Assembly: GCA_028826165.1 (NCBI GenBank)
Contig: JAPDFW010000067.1
Coordinates: 372,001 to 436,000 of the forward strand
DNA length: 64,000 bases
Direction of reading: 5' to 3'
Source of the DNA: Anaeramoeba ignava BMAN
Taxonomy: Eukaryota; Protista; Anaeramoebae
Below, piece by piece: positions 52,600 through 64,000 of the stretch. The notes under the pieces are model-generated. The model did no database searches. It was not told where the DNA came from and worked only from the letters and a program-made list of their open reading frames with translations. Positions within the stretch are counted from its first letter, which is position 1. The number at the start of each line of letters is the position of its first letter. A program made the position numbers and the translations under genes.

Positions 52600-54337
52600 A
52601 TGAAGAATATTTATAAAAATCAAGAATCAAATTTAAAGAAAAGAAATCAAAAATCAAAATCAAAATCAAAATCAAAATCAAAATCAAAATAAAAATCAAA
52701 ATCAAAATTTTACTTCTTTTGATTTATCTCTTGCTAACAAAAATCACCTAAAAATCCAAAAATTATCCAAAATCAAAGAATCAATAATCATTATAATAAT
52801 TACACTAATTTCTTTTTTCACAAGATTTTATAAACTCAAAAATCCAAATGAAGTTGTTTTTGATGAAGTTCATTTTGGAAAATTTATTAATTATTATTTA
52901 CTTGGAAATTATTTTCAAGATATTCATCCTCCATTAACAAAAATTATTATGAGTTATATTAGCAAATTATGCGGAAACACTCCAACTTTTTGGTTTGATT
53001 CAATTGGTTCAAAATTTCCTTCAAATTTCAATTATTTTTGTTTAAGAGCTCAACCTGCATTTATAGGAAGTCTAATTCCTTCTTTAATTTATCTGATCAT
53101 AAGAATCATGCATGGATCAATTATATCTGCATTAGTTGCCGCGGCAATGATGCTTTTTGAGACTTCAATAATTGTAGAATCAAGAATAATTGCAACTGAT
53201 GCTTTTTTATTCTTTTTTATTTCTTTATCGATTTTCTTTGGAAAAAGCCAGACTCTTCAAAAATATCCTTCTTTTTCATTCTATTTATTCATGTTTCTCA
53301 CAGCATTTTCATTAGGGTTCTCATTGGCAACAAAACTTACTTCAGTAGCCACTGTTTTTGCAATTGCAATTCTCCAATTACTTGATCTCTACAAAAGACA
53401 TTTTTCAAAAAAAACAAATTACAAGCTCTTAATCAAGGATATAACCATAAGGATATTAATTTTCATCATAACTATTCTTGTAATATATCTCACTGCATTC
53501 TTCTTTCATTTCAACCTGCTGCCCTTTGAATCCAGAGATGATGAGTACATTCCTTTTGAATACAAACCAAAAGATTTAATCCAAAAAAATACTTTTGAAA
53601 ATCAATTACAAAGTTCAAAAAAATTTCGCCCATTTTATTTCCTGTATAAAGTATGGAAAGTCAACAAAGATATGTATAAGGCAAACATGGCAATTAATGA
53701 GAAACATTCCTACTCATCGCCTTGGTATTCTTGGCCTCTCCATTTTGGAAAACCTGTTTTGTATTGGATCAAATACGATTCCACAAATATTTCGAAAATA
53801 GAATCAATTTATTGCATTGGGAATATTATTGTTTGGTGGCTAGTTTTTACTGGTGTTGTTGTTTATGTTTTTATGCTAATTATATTTCATTTTATTCTTC
53901 GAAGACACAAGAAAAAAATTGAGAAGAAGATTTTGGATCATTCTCAAAAAATCACTAAAATAAAAAATGAAGTATTTTATCACAAATTTGATTATTTACA
54001 AGATAATTTACTGTTACATTTCGATTCTCTTTGTTTCTTACTAGCAGGATATTTATTCAATTTATTCATTTTTTTTCCAATTTCAAGACCAACTTGGTTA
54101 TATCATTATATTCCTTCTTTGATTTTTGGAATTTTACTTTTTTCACTTCTTTTGGATATTTTAATCAGAGTTTATTTTCCCGATTTGATATGGAAATTTC
54201 TTATTGTTAGTATTTTAATATTTTGGACTTTTCTTTCCTTTGTTTTTTTTATTCCTTTTATTTATGCTTTTCCTTTAAATCCTTTTCAATTTAATGAAAG
54301 AATTTTTTTTTCTTTTTGGAAACCAAAAAAAATTTAA
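52600..54337 (+). CDS. Dolichyl-phosphate-mannose protein O-mannosyltransferase (GT39/PMT) without MIR domains
   Basis: Upstream of the annotated ORF, in frame: TRFYKL...VVFDEVHFGKF...DIHPPLTK. Also ESRIIATD, HSYSSPWYSWP, IGNIIVWW, RPTWLYHYIPSL. ATG 52600 inferred across a repeat frameshift. Confidence 0.85.
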
Positions 54338-54726
54338 ATCTAAATGAAAATAAAAAACAAAAAACAAAAAACAAAAAACAAAAAGAAGAAGATTAAAGAG
54401 AATTTTATAAAACGAATTATTTTGGATAAGAATTTAAAAAAGAATTAAAAGAATTAAAAGAATTAAAAGAATTAAAAGAATTAAAAGAATTAAAAGAAAA
54501 ATTTTGATTTTAAATTTTGATTTTAATTTTGATTTTGATTTTGATTTTGATTTTGATTTTGATTTTGATTTTGATTTTGATTTTGATTTTGATTTTAATT
54601 TTAAATTTTGATTTTGATTTTAATTTTGATTTTGATTTTGATTTTGATTTAAATTTGAATTTTAAATTTTAAATTTGATTTTGATTTAAATTTGAATTTT
54701 AAATTTTAAATTTTAAATTTTAAATT

Positions 54727-57135
54727 TTAATTTTGTGTATTATAAATAGGACGAAATTTGATATTAAGAATTAAACTAATTAACCATAAAATAACAGAAC
54801 TTGCTGCTGGAATGAAAAAGTTATCATTAACAAAAGCAAATAATTCAGCTAAAGTTCCTCCAATCGCTCCAAAAAAAGCTAAAATAAATTTATGAAAGAA
54901 AAAAAATTTTTTTTAACAGAAAAAAGTGGAACAAAAAAAAAATTTTTTTTTCTTCTATGAAAACAAACCTAAAAGAAATGATTTTGTAAATGAAATATCT
55001 CCTAATCTCCAGAAAGTGAAAATTCCAAGAAGAAAGCATACAACAAAACAACCTATAGATCCTTCTAAACTTTTTGGACCATAAATTTTAGTTCTAATTT
55101 ATAAAATTAAAATTAATATTAATATTAATTTTAATTTTAATTTTGATTTTAATATAAATATTAATTTTAATTTTAATTTTAATTTGGATTTTAATTTTAA
55201 TTTTAATTTTAATATTAATATTAATTTTAATTTTAATATTAATTTTAATTTTAATATTAATTTTAATTTTAATTTTAATTTTAATTTTAATATAAATATT
55301 AATTTTAATTTTAATATAAATATTGATTTTAATTTTAATATAAATATTAATTTTAATTTTAATATAAATTTTAATTTTAATATAAATATTAATTTTGATT
55401 TTAATTTTGATTTTGAATTTTAATTTTAATATAAATATTAATTTTGATTTTAATATAAATATTAATTTTGATTTTAATATAAATATTAATTTTAATTTTA
55501 ATATAAATATTAATTTTAATTTTAATATAAATATTGATTTTGATTTTAATATAAATATTAATTTTAATTTTATTGTAACAAACTTTCCATAAACTTTTCC
55601 AATTAAAGCAGCAAATAAATCACCAAAAATTAAAAATAATAAAGCAGTAATTCCAATTAAAGGAGGAAAAAATGTAACAGAAATAAAAGAACCAAGCATA
55701 TACCAACTTGCACCAGCTATTCCTTTCTTTTCATTTTCTCTCATAATTTTTCCCATAAATCCAATAATTTTTTTATTAATTTCTGGGAATTTGTATCGAA
55801 CAAGTTCAACAGTCCAAGCAAAAGTTAAAATACAACCAATAATAAAAGAATATTTTCTTTGAGTAACAAATCCAATTTTTAAAGTATGATAAAAAGTTGT
55901 TGGCATAAAAAGTCCTATTTTTAATATAGATTTTAATTTTTATTTATTTTTAAATTTTATTTTGATTTTTATTTTAATTTTGATTTTAATTTTAATTTTG
56001 ATTTTAATTTTAATTTTAATTTTAATTTTAATTTTAATTTTAATTTTAATTTTAATTTTATAAATGAATTTTAATTTTAATTTTAATTTTGGTTTTGATT
56101 TTAATTTTAATTTTAATTTTAATTTTAATTTTATAAATGAATTTTGATTTTTATTTTAATTTAGATTTTAATTTTAATTTTGATTTAGATTTTAATTTTA
56201 ATTTTAATTTTAATTTTGATTTTATAAATGAATTTTGATTTTAATTTTAATTTTAATTTTATAAATGAATTTTGATTTTAATTTTATAAATGAATTTTGA
56301 TTTTAATTTTAATTTTAATTTTAATTTTAATTTTAATTTTAATTTTGATTTTATAAATGAATTTTGATTTTGATTTTAATTTTAATTTTAATTTTAATTT
56401 TAATTTTAATTTTAATTTTAATTTTAATTTTAATTTTAATTTTAATTTTAATTTTAATTTTAATTTTAATTTTAATTTTAATTTTAATTTTAATTTTAAT
56501 TTTTATTTTAATTTTAATTTTAATTTTTATTTTAATTTTAATTTTTGATTTTAATTTTGATTTTAATATAGATTTTGATTTTAATTTAGATTTTAATTTT
56601 TATTTTATTTTAATTTTAATTTTGATTTTGATTTTAATTTTAATTTTATAAATTAATTTTGATTTTAATTTTAATTTTATAAATGAATTTTGATTTTAAT
56701 TTTAATTTTAATTTAAATTTTAATTTTAATTTTAATTTTAATTTTAATTTTAATTTTAATTTTAATTTTAATTTTAATTTTATAAATGAATTTTGATTTT
56801 AATTTTAATTTTATAAATGAATTTTGATTTTAATTTTAATTTTAATTTTAATTTTAATTTAAATTTTAATTTTGGTTCTGAATTTAAATGTTAAAATAAA
56901 AATTTTATTTTTGGTTTAAATTTTGTTTAAATATAAATAACGAACCAAAAAGATGAAATCCTTTTCTCCTTAATTCTTCAATTACTGTTTTTAATTTTTC
57001 ATGTCCAACTCCAAGAGAATTATGCAAAAAATTACCAAATTTTTTACTTTGAAACATTAAAAGAAAAATAATAATTGTTGCTACAATAAGAACTGAAACT
57101 AAAATAATTGTTCGAAAAATATGACTTTCTGACAT
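54727..57135 (-). CDS. CTP-dependent diacylglycerol/dolichol/phytol kinase family (Dgk1-like); introns 55915-56945, 55094-55583, 54879-54968
   Basis: ELRRKGFHLFG, MRENEK..GASWYMLG, GDLFAALIGKVYG, KSLEGS, AEL...NDNFFIP; junctions keep frame. Confidence 0.85.
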
Positions 57136-57303
57136 TATTATAATTAAAATTAAAAATAATAATAATAAAAAAATGAAAAAGAAAAAAATGAAAAAGAAAA
57201 AAAGAATTTGAAAAGAATTTGAAAAGAAAAATTTTTATTTAATTTGATTTTAAAAAATAAAAAATAAAAAAGAAAATTTTCCTCATTTTAAAAAATTCTA
57301 AAT

Positions 57304-59057
57304 TTAAATTTCTGTAATTTTTGCAAAATCATTACAAAAATTAATAAATTCAAGTGCTTGTCCTTTTTTGCAAATAACTCTAACTTCAATAGGATCTTTT
57401 TCTTTATAAATTTGACAGGAAATAATTTTGATTTTGATCTTCATTGAATTTTTTGATGCTTTAAGAGTGAAAATATTTGGATATGTCCAATGAAATCCAA
57501 GAGAAGCAAAAGAAGATTGAGATCCAGAAACAATTTCCATAAGATTCTTTTTTGTGATTATTGATACATAATGATTTTTCATTAATTTTTGTTTTTCATC
57601 CTCAATTACAAGTGTTTCATTTGTGATATATCGTTCATCATACTTGAATTGGATGTATTTCTTGTTGGATTGACTTTTTCTTCTTCTTCGAAATAAATTT
57701 CTAAATAATGTTTTAGTTTTATTCACTTTTTTGAGATCTGGATCACTATCAAATTTTTGTTTTGGATTTTTTTCAATCTTTAAATGAATTTCTGAGAGAT
57801 CTACTGGAACTATTTTTATTATTATTTTTTTTTTTGAAATGAATTTTCATTTTAAATTGATTTTGATTTTAAAATTAGGATTTACTGTTTGTTGGCTTTT
57901 TTTCAAATAGAAAATCTGGTGATGAATTTGTTTTTGGATCATCTTTTTCCAAGTTTGAATGTAAATTGTTCTCTGAATTTTCTTTTTTCGACCTTTTCTT
58001 CATTTTTCTGGAAACAAAAGTGTAAAGAATCTTTTCCAAATTAGAAGATTCTTCAGTTAAATGATCGAGAATACTCTCCTTTTCCCATCCAATCATTGTT
58101 AAATGATTGACAATCTCTTGATTAATTTTTGTTGATTCCATTTTTTGAGTAAATTTCTTTCTTAAACGAATTTTTGGAGGTTGGAATTTGTCAATGAAAT
58201 TTGAACAAAACCAAGGATGAGATTTAATTTCATCAATTGTGGCTCTTTTTTCAGTATCGACCACAAGCATTCTTTGAATCAAATCTCTAATATTTGGATC
58301 AATTCTTTTGGGAATTTTGTAATCTCCATCTTTAATTTTGATTAAGATATTTCTGATTGTTTTTCCTTTAAATGGAAGTTTTCCAACTGTAAGAACATAT
58401 AGAATAACTCCACAACTCCAAATATCTGATTTTCTTCCATCGTATTCATTTCCCTAAAATAAATTTTGAATTATGAATTATGAATTATGAATTAATTTTT
58501 TGTTTTGAAAAACAAAATACCAAAACAATTTCAGGAGCTGCATAATGAGGAGAACCACAAGAGGTTTCAAAAAGCATTTGTGGGTCATACAAACCAGCCA
58601 TTCCAAAATCTGCAATTTTTAGATTTTCATATTTATCAAGTAACAAATTTTCAGGTTTCAAGTCACGATGACAAATCAAATGATTATGACAATATTCAAC
58701 TGCATAAATCAGTTGTTGGAAAAAAGAAAGTGAATGAGACAAAGGAATCGATTTTTTTGTAACTAAGTAGTCAAAAAGCTCTCCTGTTTCCATGTATTCC
58801 ATAACAACAAAGAGATGATCAACTGATTCCAAAACATCAATTACTTTTATTACATTTGGATGGTTAAGAAGCCTCAAAACTGCAACTTCTCTTTCTGCTC
58901 TCAATTTCCTTTTTTCGTTGAATAAAGTTTTTGATTTTGAAATGATCTTAATTGCTACTTTTTGTTTTGTTTCTTGATTTATTGCCAATTTAACTTTTCC
59001 TGAACTTCCTTCTCCAAGTGTTTTAATAACTGTATATGATCCTATTTGTTGACTCAT
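57304..59057 (-). CDS. CAMK-group Ser/Thr kinase (BRSK/Nim1/AMPK-related); introns 58454-58520 and 57810-57885
   Basis: LGEGSSGKV, VAIK, HRDLKPEN, DFG, TSCGSPHYAAPE, SDIWSCGVILY; UBA-like and possibly KA1-like C-terminus. Confidence 0.9.
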
Positions 59058-59566
59058 TGAAAAAAAGTGAGGTTTTTTTTTTTAAATCTATTTGTGTTTT
59101 TTTTTAAATGAAAGAGAAAAGAAAAGATGTGTTTAATTCAAATTTATATTTATATTCTCTTTTTTATCTTTTATTTAAAAAAAGGGGTTATTTTTCTTAC
59201 TTTAAAAAAAAAAAATAAAATAATGTTAAAAAAAATAAATTGTAAAAAAAGAAAAATGAAAATTAAAAAAGATCACATTTTTTTTTTTATTTTTTTATTT
59301 ATTTTTTTTTTGCTTTTTAAGGGTTTCAAAAAAAAAAGAAGAAATAAAAAAAATAAAAGGAAAAATGAAAAAAGGGATCTGTAATGAAAAAGAAAAAAGA
59401 GATCAAAAAGAAATTAAAAAGAAATTAAAAGGAAATTAAAAAGGAAATTAAAAAAGAAAATTCAAAAAAGAAATTTAAAAGGGGGTTTAAAAAAAGAAAT
59501 TCAAAAGGGGGTTTAAAAAAAGAAATTTAAAAGGGGGTTTAATTGAACTCAAGTTTTTTTTAAATT

Positions 59567-60775
59567 TGGAAATATTAATAAAATTTAATTTTAAAATAAT
59601 TTCAAATTAATTTATTATTTAAAATAATTAAAAATAATGATAAAATATTAATAAAATAATTTAATAATAAAATTAATTAAAAATTAAATAGATTTGATTA
59701 ATAAATAAATTATGAAATATTAATAAAATTTAATTTTAAAATAATTTACAAATTAATTTATTATTAAAAATTATTAAAAATAATGATAAAATAATAATAA
59801 AATAATTTAATAATAAAATTAATTAAAAATTAAATAGATTTGATTAATAAATAAATTAATAAATATTAATAAAATTTAATTTTAAAATAATTTCAAATTA
59901 ATTTATTATTTAAAATAATTAAAAATAATGATAAAATATTAATAAAATAATTTAATAATAAAATTAATTAAAAATTAAATAGATTTGATTAATAAATAAA
60001 TTAATAAATATTAATAAAATTTAATTTTAAAATAATTTCAAATTAATTTATTATTAAAAATTATTAAAAAATAATGATAAAATATTAATAAAATAATTTA
60101 ATAATAAAATTAATTAAAAATTAAATAGATTTGATTAATAAATAAATTAATAAATGTTAATAAAATTTAATTTTAAAATAATTTACAAATTAATTTATTA
60201 TTTAAAATAATTAAAAATAATGATAAAATATTAATAAAATAATTTAATAATAAAATTAATTAAAAATTAAATAGATTTGAATAATAAATAAATTAGGAAA
60301 TGTTAATAAAATTTAATTTTAAAATAATTTACAAATTAATTTATTATTAAAAATTATTAAAAATAATGATAAAATATTAATAAAATAATTTAATAATAAA
60401 ATTAATTAAAAATTAAATAGATTTGAATAATAAATAAATTAGGAAATGTTAATAAAATTTAATTTTAAAATAATTTACAAATTAATTAATTATTTAAAAT
60501 TATTAAAAATAATGATAAAATATTAATAAAATAATTTAATAATAAAATTAATCAAAAATTAAATAGATTTGATTAATAAATAAATTAATAAATATTAATA
60601 AAATTTAATTTTAAAATAATTTACAAATTAATTTATTATTTAAAATTATTAAAAATAATGATAAAATATTAATAAAATAATTTAATAATAAAATTAATCA
60701 AAAATTAAATAGATTTGATTAATAAATAAATTAGGAAATGTTAATAAAATTTAATTTTAAAATAATTTTTATTAT
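59567..60775. repeat. Tandem satellite, about 8 copies of a 145-146-bp extremely AT-rich unit
   Basis: Marker gatttga at 59691, 59837, 59982, 60128, 60274, 60420, 60566 and 60712. Confidence 0.92.
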
Positions 60776-60894
60776 TAAGTCTTATTAAATTCATTTTTGT
60801 GTCATTTGGAAAAGAAAACAAAATTTTTTTTTTTGAATTGTTTAAATTCATTTTTTTTCATTTAATTTTTTCAAGTTTTAATCTGATTATTTTA

Positions 60895-62322
60895 ATGAAA
60901 TTTTTTTCAGCATTTAATCCAATTAGAAATTTTAAATCAATATTTTCAAGACCTTCAAGGAATCATATTCAAGCATTTGATGGAATTAGAGCACTTGCTT
61001 CTTACTGGATTTTTGCATATCACACAATAGTTTTCTTACTTTGGCTAAGTGAACATGGAATTTTAAGTAGAGTTCTCCCAAATCCAATTCTAAAAATAAT
61101 TTTAATGGGAGATTCTTCAGTTGATATCTTTTTTATTCTTTCTGGATTTTTGGTTTATTCAAGATTTCTTTCTGAATTAAAGGGGAATACAATTCAAAAT
61201 TTGGATTTAAGAATAAGATTGAGATATCTCACCAATTTTTTGATCAGAAGATTTCTAAGACTTTATCCTTTGATCTATTTTTTCATTTTATTGAAAATTC
61301 TTGAATTGGTTGCTCTTAATGATCTTAAAGCAGGAATCCCTCAAATCTTGTTGACAATGTTTTTTCTAAATGATGTAATAGCAGGAAATGAATATACACC
61401 TGTTGGCCATTCTTGGTCTGTTGCAACTGAAATGAAAACATATTTTATTCTTCTTTACATTAAAAATCAAATGATGAAAACAGGAAAAGATTCCACAAAA
61501 TTATTGATAAAGATATTTGTGATTGCTTTGATTGTTTATACAACTGGTGTGATTTTCGCACCAAAGTTTCATAAATACCCTTTATACACTGAGATTTGGA
61601 CGGAAGAACTTTGCACACTTTTTCATTTCCAGCCAGAAACAGGAAATTTTATTTTAGAGCATCCAGAAACTCTTGCTGAAGACAATTTCAGAAGGTTCCT
61701 TTTATATTTTGGATTTCATTCAAGACTCCCATTAATTATTATTGGATGTTTTGCTGCTTTTATTCAATACAGAACATCTTTTCCTGAAAAATGTCAGAAA
61801 TCCAAACCATTTAGATTAATGATTCTTTTGATTGGATTGATTTTATTTTCATCTTTATTTATTCTCAAAACAACTCATTATATGTCAAATATTCAAATAG
61901 AAAATATTACCATTATTCAACAAATTATCATTCGATTATTTTCTTTTAACAGAATTATCAATTCAATAGGTGCTTCTTTATTAATATTACTTATTATCAA
62001 CAAAGCAGGAATTTTTGGAAATTTCTTCAATTATTTTCTTTCTTTAAAAATTTGGATTCCTTTCTCAAATCTTTCTTATTCTTTATATTTGACTCAAGTG
62101 GTTCCTATTTTTCTTTTGGAAATGGATTTAATCAAAAAATTTGGATTTGATTGGATTGATACTAGAAATAGTTTTCTTTTGATTTTAAAAGCTACTTTAG
62201 TTGTTTATCCTATTTCAATAATTACATTTTTATTGATTGAAAAACCAATGATAAATTTATCACCAGAAAGATTTAAATTAGAACAATTTATTTCAGGAAA
62301 AGAGAAAAAGAAAGAAGATTAA
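60895..62322 (+). CDS. Acyltransferase-3, copy B
   Basis: Same motifs as copy A with long identical stretches; ATG 60895 (MKFFSAFNPIR). Confidence 0.9.
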   Translation: MKFFSAFNPIRNFKSIFSRPSRNHIQAFDGIRALASYWIFAYHTIVFLLWLSEHGILSRVLPNPILKIILMGDSSVDIFFILSGFLVYSRFLSELKGNTIQNLDLRIRLRYLTNFLIRRFLRLYPLIYFFILLKILELVALNDLKAGIPQILLTMFFLNDVIAGNEYTPVGHSWSVATEMKTYFILLYIKNQMMKTGKDSTKLLIKIFVIALIVYTTGVIFAPKFHKYPLYTEIWTEELCTLFHFQPETGNFILEHPETLAEDNFRRFLLYFGFHSRLPLIIIGCFAAFIQYRTSFPEKCQKSKPFRLMILLIGLILFSSLFILKTTHYMSNIQIENITIIQQIIIRLFSFNRIINSIGASLLILLIINKAGIFGNFFNYFLSLKIWIPFSNLSYSLYLTQVVPIFLLEMDLIKKFGFDWIDTRNSFLLILKATLVVYPISIITFLLIEKPMINLSPERFKLEQFISGKEKKKED

Positions 62323-62631
62323 ATAAAACCATTTTAATTTGATTTAAATTAAATTAAATTAAAATGATAAAAATAAAGAAAGAAAGAGAATTAAAATTGA
62401 TTTTTTATTATTCTTGTTTTGAATTGAAAATGAAAATGAAAAGAAAGGAAATTTGGAATTGGAATTAAATATCTAAATCAGCTTGAAGTTCTTTTTCTTC
62501 TTGTTCTTGTTTTTGATTTAGATTTTTGATTTGTTTTTGATTTTGTTTTTTTGGAATTTGGAAAATAGATTGTTTTGAATGTTTTGAAGAAAGAAAGAAA
62601 GAAAGAAAATTCAAAAATTAAAATAAGAAGC

Positions 62632-64000
62632 TTAAATCATTTCAATTCCTCCTGATTTTTCAAGTTCTTTTTCTCTTTTTTTGATAATTCTTTTGATACT
62701 ATTTTTTTGTTTCTTCATCAAAACAACAACAACAATAATTGCTGCAATAACAACAACTGGAATAACAATTCCCATAACAATTATTGGTGTTTTTGATGAA
62801 CTAGCACTTGTTTGAGTTGGAATAGAAGGTACGAGTGAAGTTGTTGAATTAATTCCTGAATATTCACTTCCAAGACAATTTTCATCAGCTGATGCAACAA
62901 CCCAAATAACGTATTCTTCTTCTCCATTTAATCCTGAGGCTGAATAAAAATTTGTAGATTTGGGTAAACAGATAGAAACTATTCCATAATGAAATAAATA
63001 TCTGGCCAATCCAGATGATAAAATCAATGCATCCCAAGTGCAAACAAATCCATAATTTATTGCATAACAATTTAATGAAGTAATATTTCCTAATTTAGCT
63101 CTTGTTGAAATAATTGAACTTGGTAATCCTAAATATGGTGTTTCACAATTTAAATCAATACATCCTCGAATTGAAATATTATATTCAATATTTCCTGATA
63201 TTCCACTTATTATTCCAATAACTTCATTTCCACTTAAATTAAGTGATGTGAAATTTTGCCAATTTGTTCCATTATTAAGTGAAATTGAATAATTATTTGC
63301 ATTTGTTAATTTTGTGAAATTAAATTCAATTTCTTCAGTTTTGGAAATTGTTTCATAAATTGTTGGAGCTATTGTGAAATTATCAGTTGTAATTGAAATT
63401 GATGAAGTATATCCACATTTTCCATTTGAATTACATGATGATATATTGATTTGATATTCTTGATTTGGTAATTGAACTGTAAATTGTTGATTTGATGAAG
63501 TTGGTTGATAATTTCCTGAATCATTTTGAGAAATTGATTGATAAGTAAAATTATAATAAAATGGAATTGAACAATTAATTGGTTGATTCCAATTACAATT
63601 AATATCGACTAACTTTGAAATTGAACATGAAAAATTTGTAACTTCTCCAAATAATAATGGGAATAATGATTCAACAATTTCTCCTTTATCATCTCCTTCA
63701 CATTCTTGTGTTCTACATCCACAAATTGAAATATTATAATCATTTTCACATTCAAAATTATTCCAAAGATAATCAAGTGAAGAATTATCAACTGAAATGA
63801 AAGATATTAAATCAGGTTGAGATTGATTGAAATAAGAAAGATTATAATGATCAAGATGAGCAATTCCTTCATTGATTTGAACATTTGGATAGTTCCAAGT
63901 AACATTAATTGAATTGTTTGAAGGATTTGATAATTGAAAATCTTTTACAGAATCAATTTTTGTTGTTAAATTAATCAAAGAAGAAGATTCACCACATTTC
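62632..64000 (-). CDS. FG-GAP/FN3/TM surface protein, copy 3 (5' part outside the window)
   Basis: Stalk near-identical to copies 1 and 2; TM PIIVMGIVIPVVVIAAIIVVVVLM; ends GGIEMI like copy 2. Confidence 0.85.
   Translation of the reverse strand, partial: KCGESSSLINLTTKIDSVKDFQLSNPSNNSINVTWNYPNVQINEGIAHLDHYNLSYFNQSQPDLISFISVDNSSLDYLWNNFECENDYNISICGCRTQECEGDDKGEIVESLFPLLFGEVTNFSCSISKLVDINCNWNQPINCSIPFYYNFTYQSISQNDSGNYQPTSSNQQFTVQLPNQEYQINISSCNSNGKCGYTSSISITTDNFTIAPTIYETISKTEEIEFNFTKLTNANNYSISLNNGTNWQNFTSLNLSGNEVIGIISGISGNIEYNISIRGCIDLNCETPYLGLPSSIISTRAKLGNITSLNCYAINYGFVCTWDALILSSGLARYLFHYGIVSICLPKSTNFYSASGLNGEEEYVIWVVASADENCLGSEYSGINSTTSLVPSIPTQTSASSSKTPIIVMGIVIPVVVIAAIIVVVVLMKKQKNSIKRIIKKREKELEKSGGIEMI

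Larger units (their letters stand above)
60808..64000. repeat. Right arm of the inverted duplication (partner 26653-29660)
   Basis: Gene order and flanks mirror the left arm. Confidence 0.85.

Noticed and set aside
54879-54968. Hairpin-like symmetry in a small intron
   Set aside because: Made of A and T runs; expected by chance at this composition.
59567-60775. CRISPR-like periodic array
   Set aside because: Whole units repeat with no unique spacers, there are no cas genes, and the context is eukaryotic.
26653-64000. Inverted arms as terminal inverted repeats of a giant transposon or Polinton
   Set aside because: The arms are cellular genes with diverged patches, and no transposase, integrase, polB or capsid lies between them.

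Overview
Very AT-rich, gene-dense eukaryotic (protist) DNA with spliceosomal GT-AG introns, many of them filled with simple repeats. The intein, RCC1-BTB relic, actin-like array and bacterial-type genes point to an anaerobic metamonad such as Anaeramoeba (inference only). In order: PRP16/DHX38 helicase with an intein in its Walker A motif; four tandem divergent actin-like genes; PIG-B; TFIIE-alpha; a triple-UBZ protein; a family I pyrophosphatase; prefoldin 6; an RCC1-BTB pseudogene; two FG-GAP propeller/FN3 surface proteins; an acyltransferase-3; a large BEACH protein; a beta-helix/Cys-rich/multi-TM protein with a predicted ~4.9 kb almost pure A/T intron; a bacterial-type PEP/pyruvate-binding protein; a MIR-less O-mannosyltransferase; a DGK1-like kinase; a CAMK-group kinase; a 146-bp satellite; and an inverted second copy of the acyltransferase + FG-GAP module. 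Many genes have single-base frameshifts in homopolymers, probably long-read assembly errors, so several ends are approximate. Best leads: the Ser1 intein with a disrupted (or possibly intronised) endonuclease, and the co-duplicated variable surface receptor/acyltransferase module.
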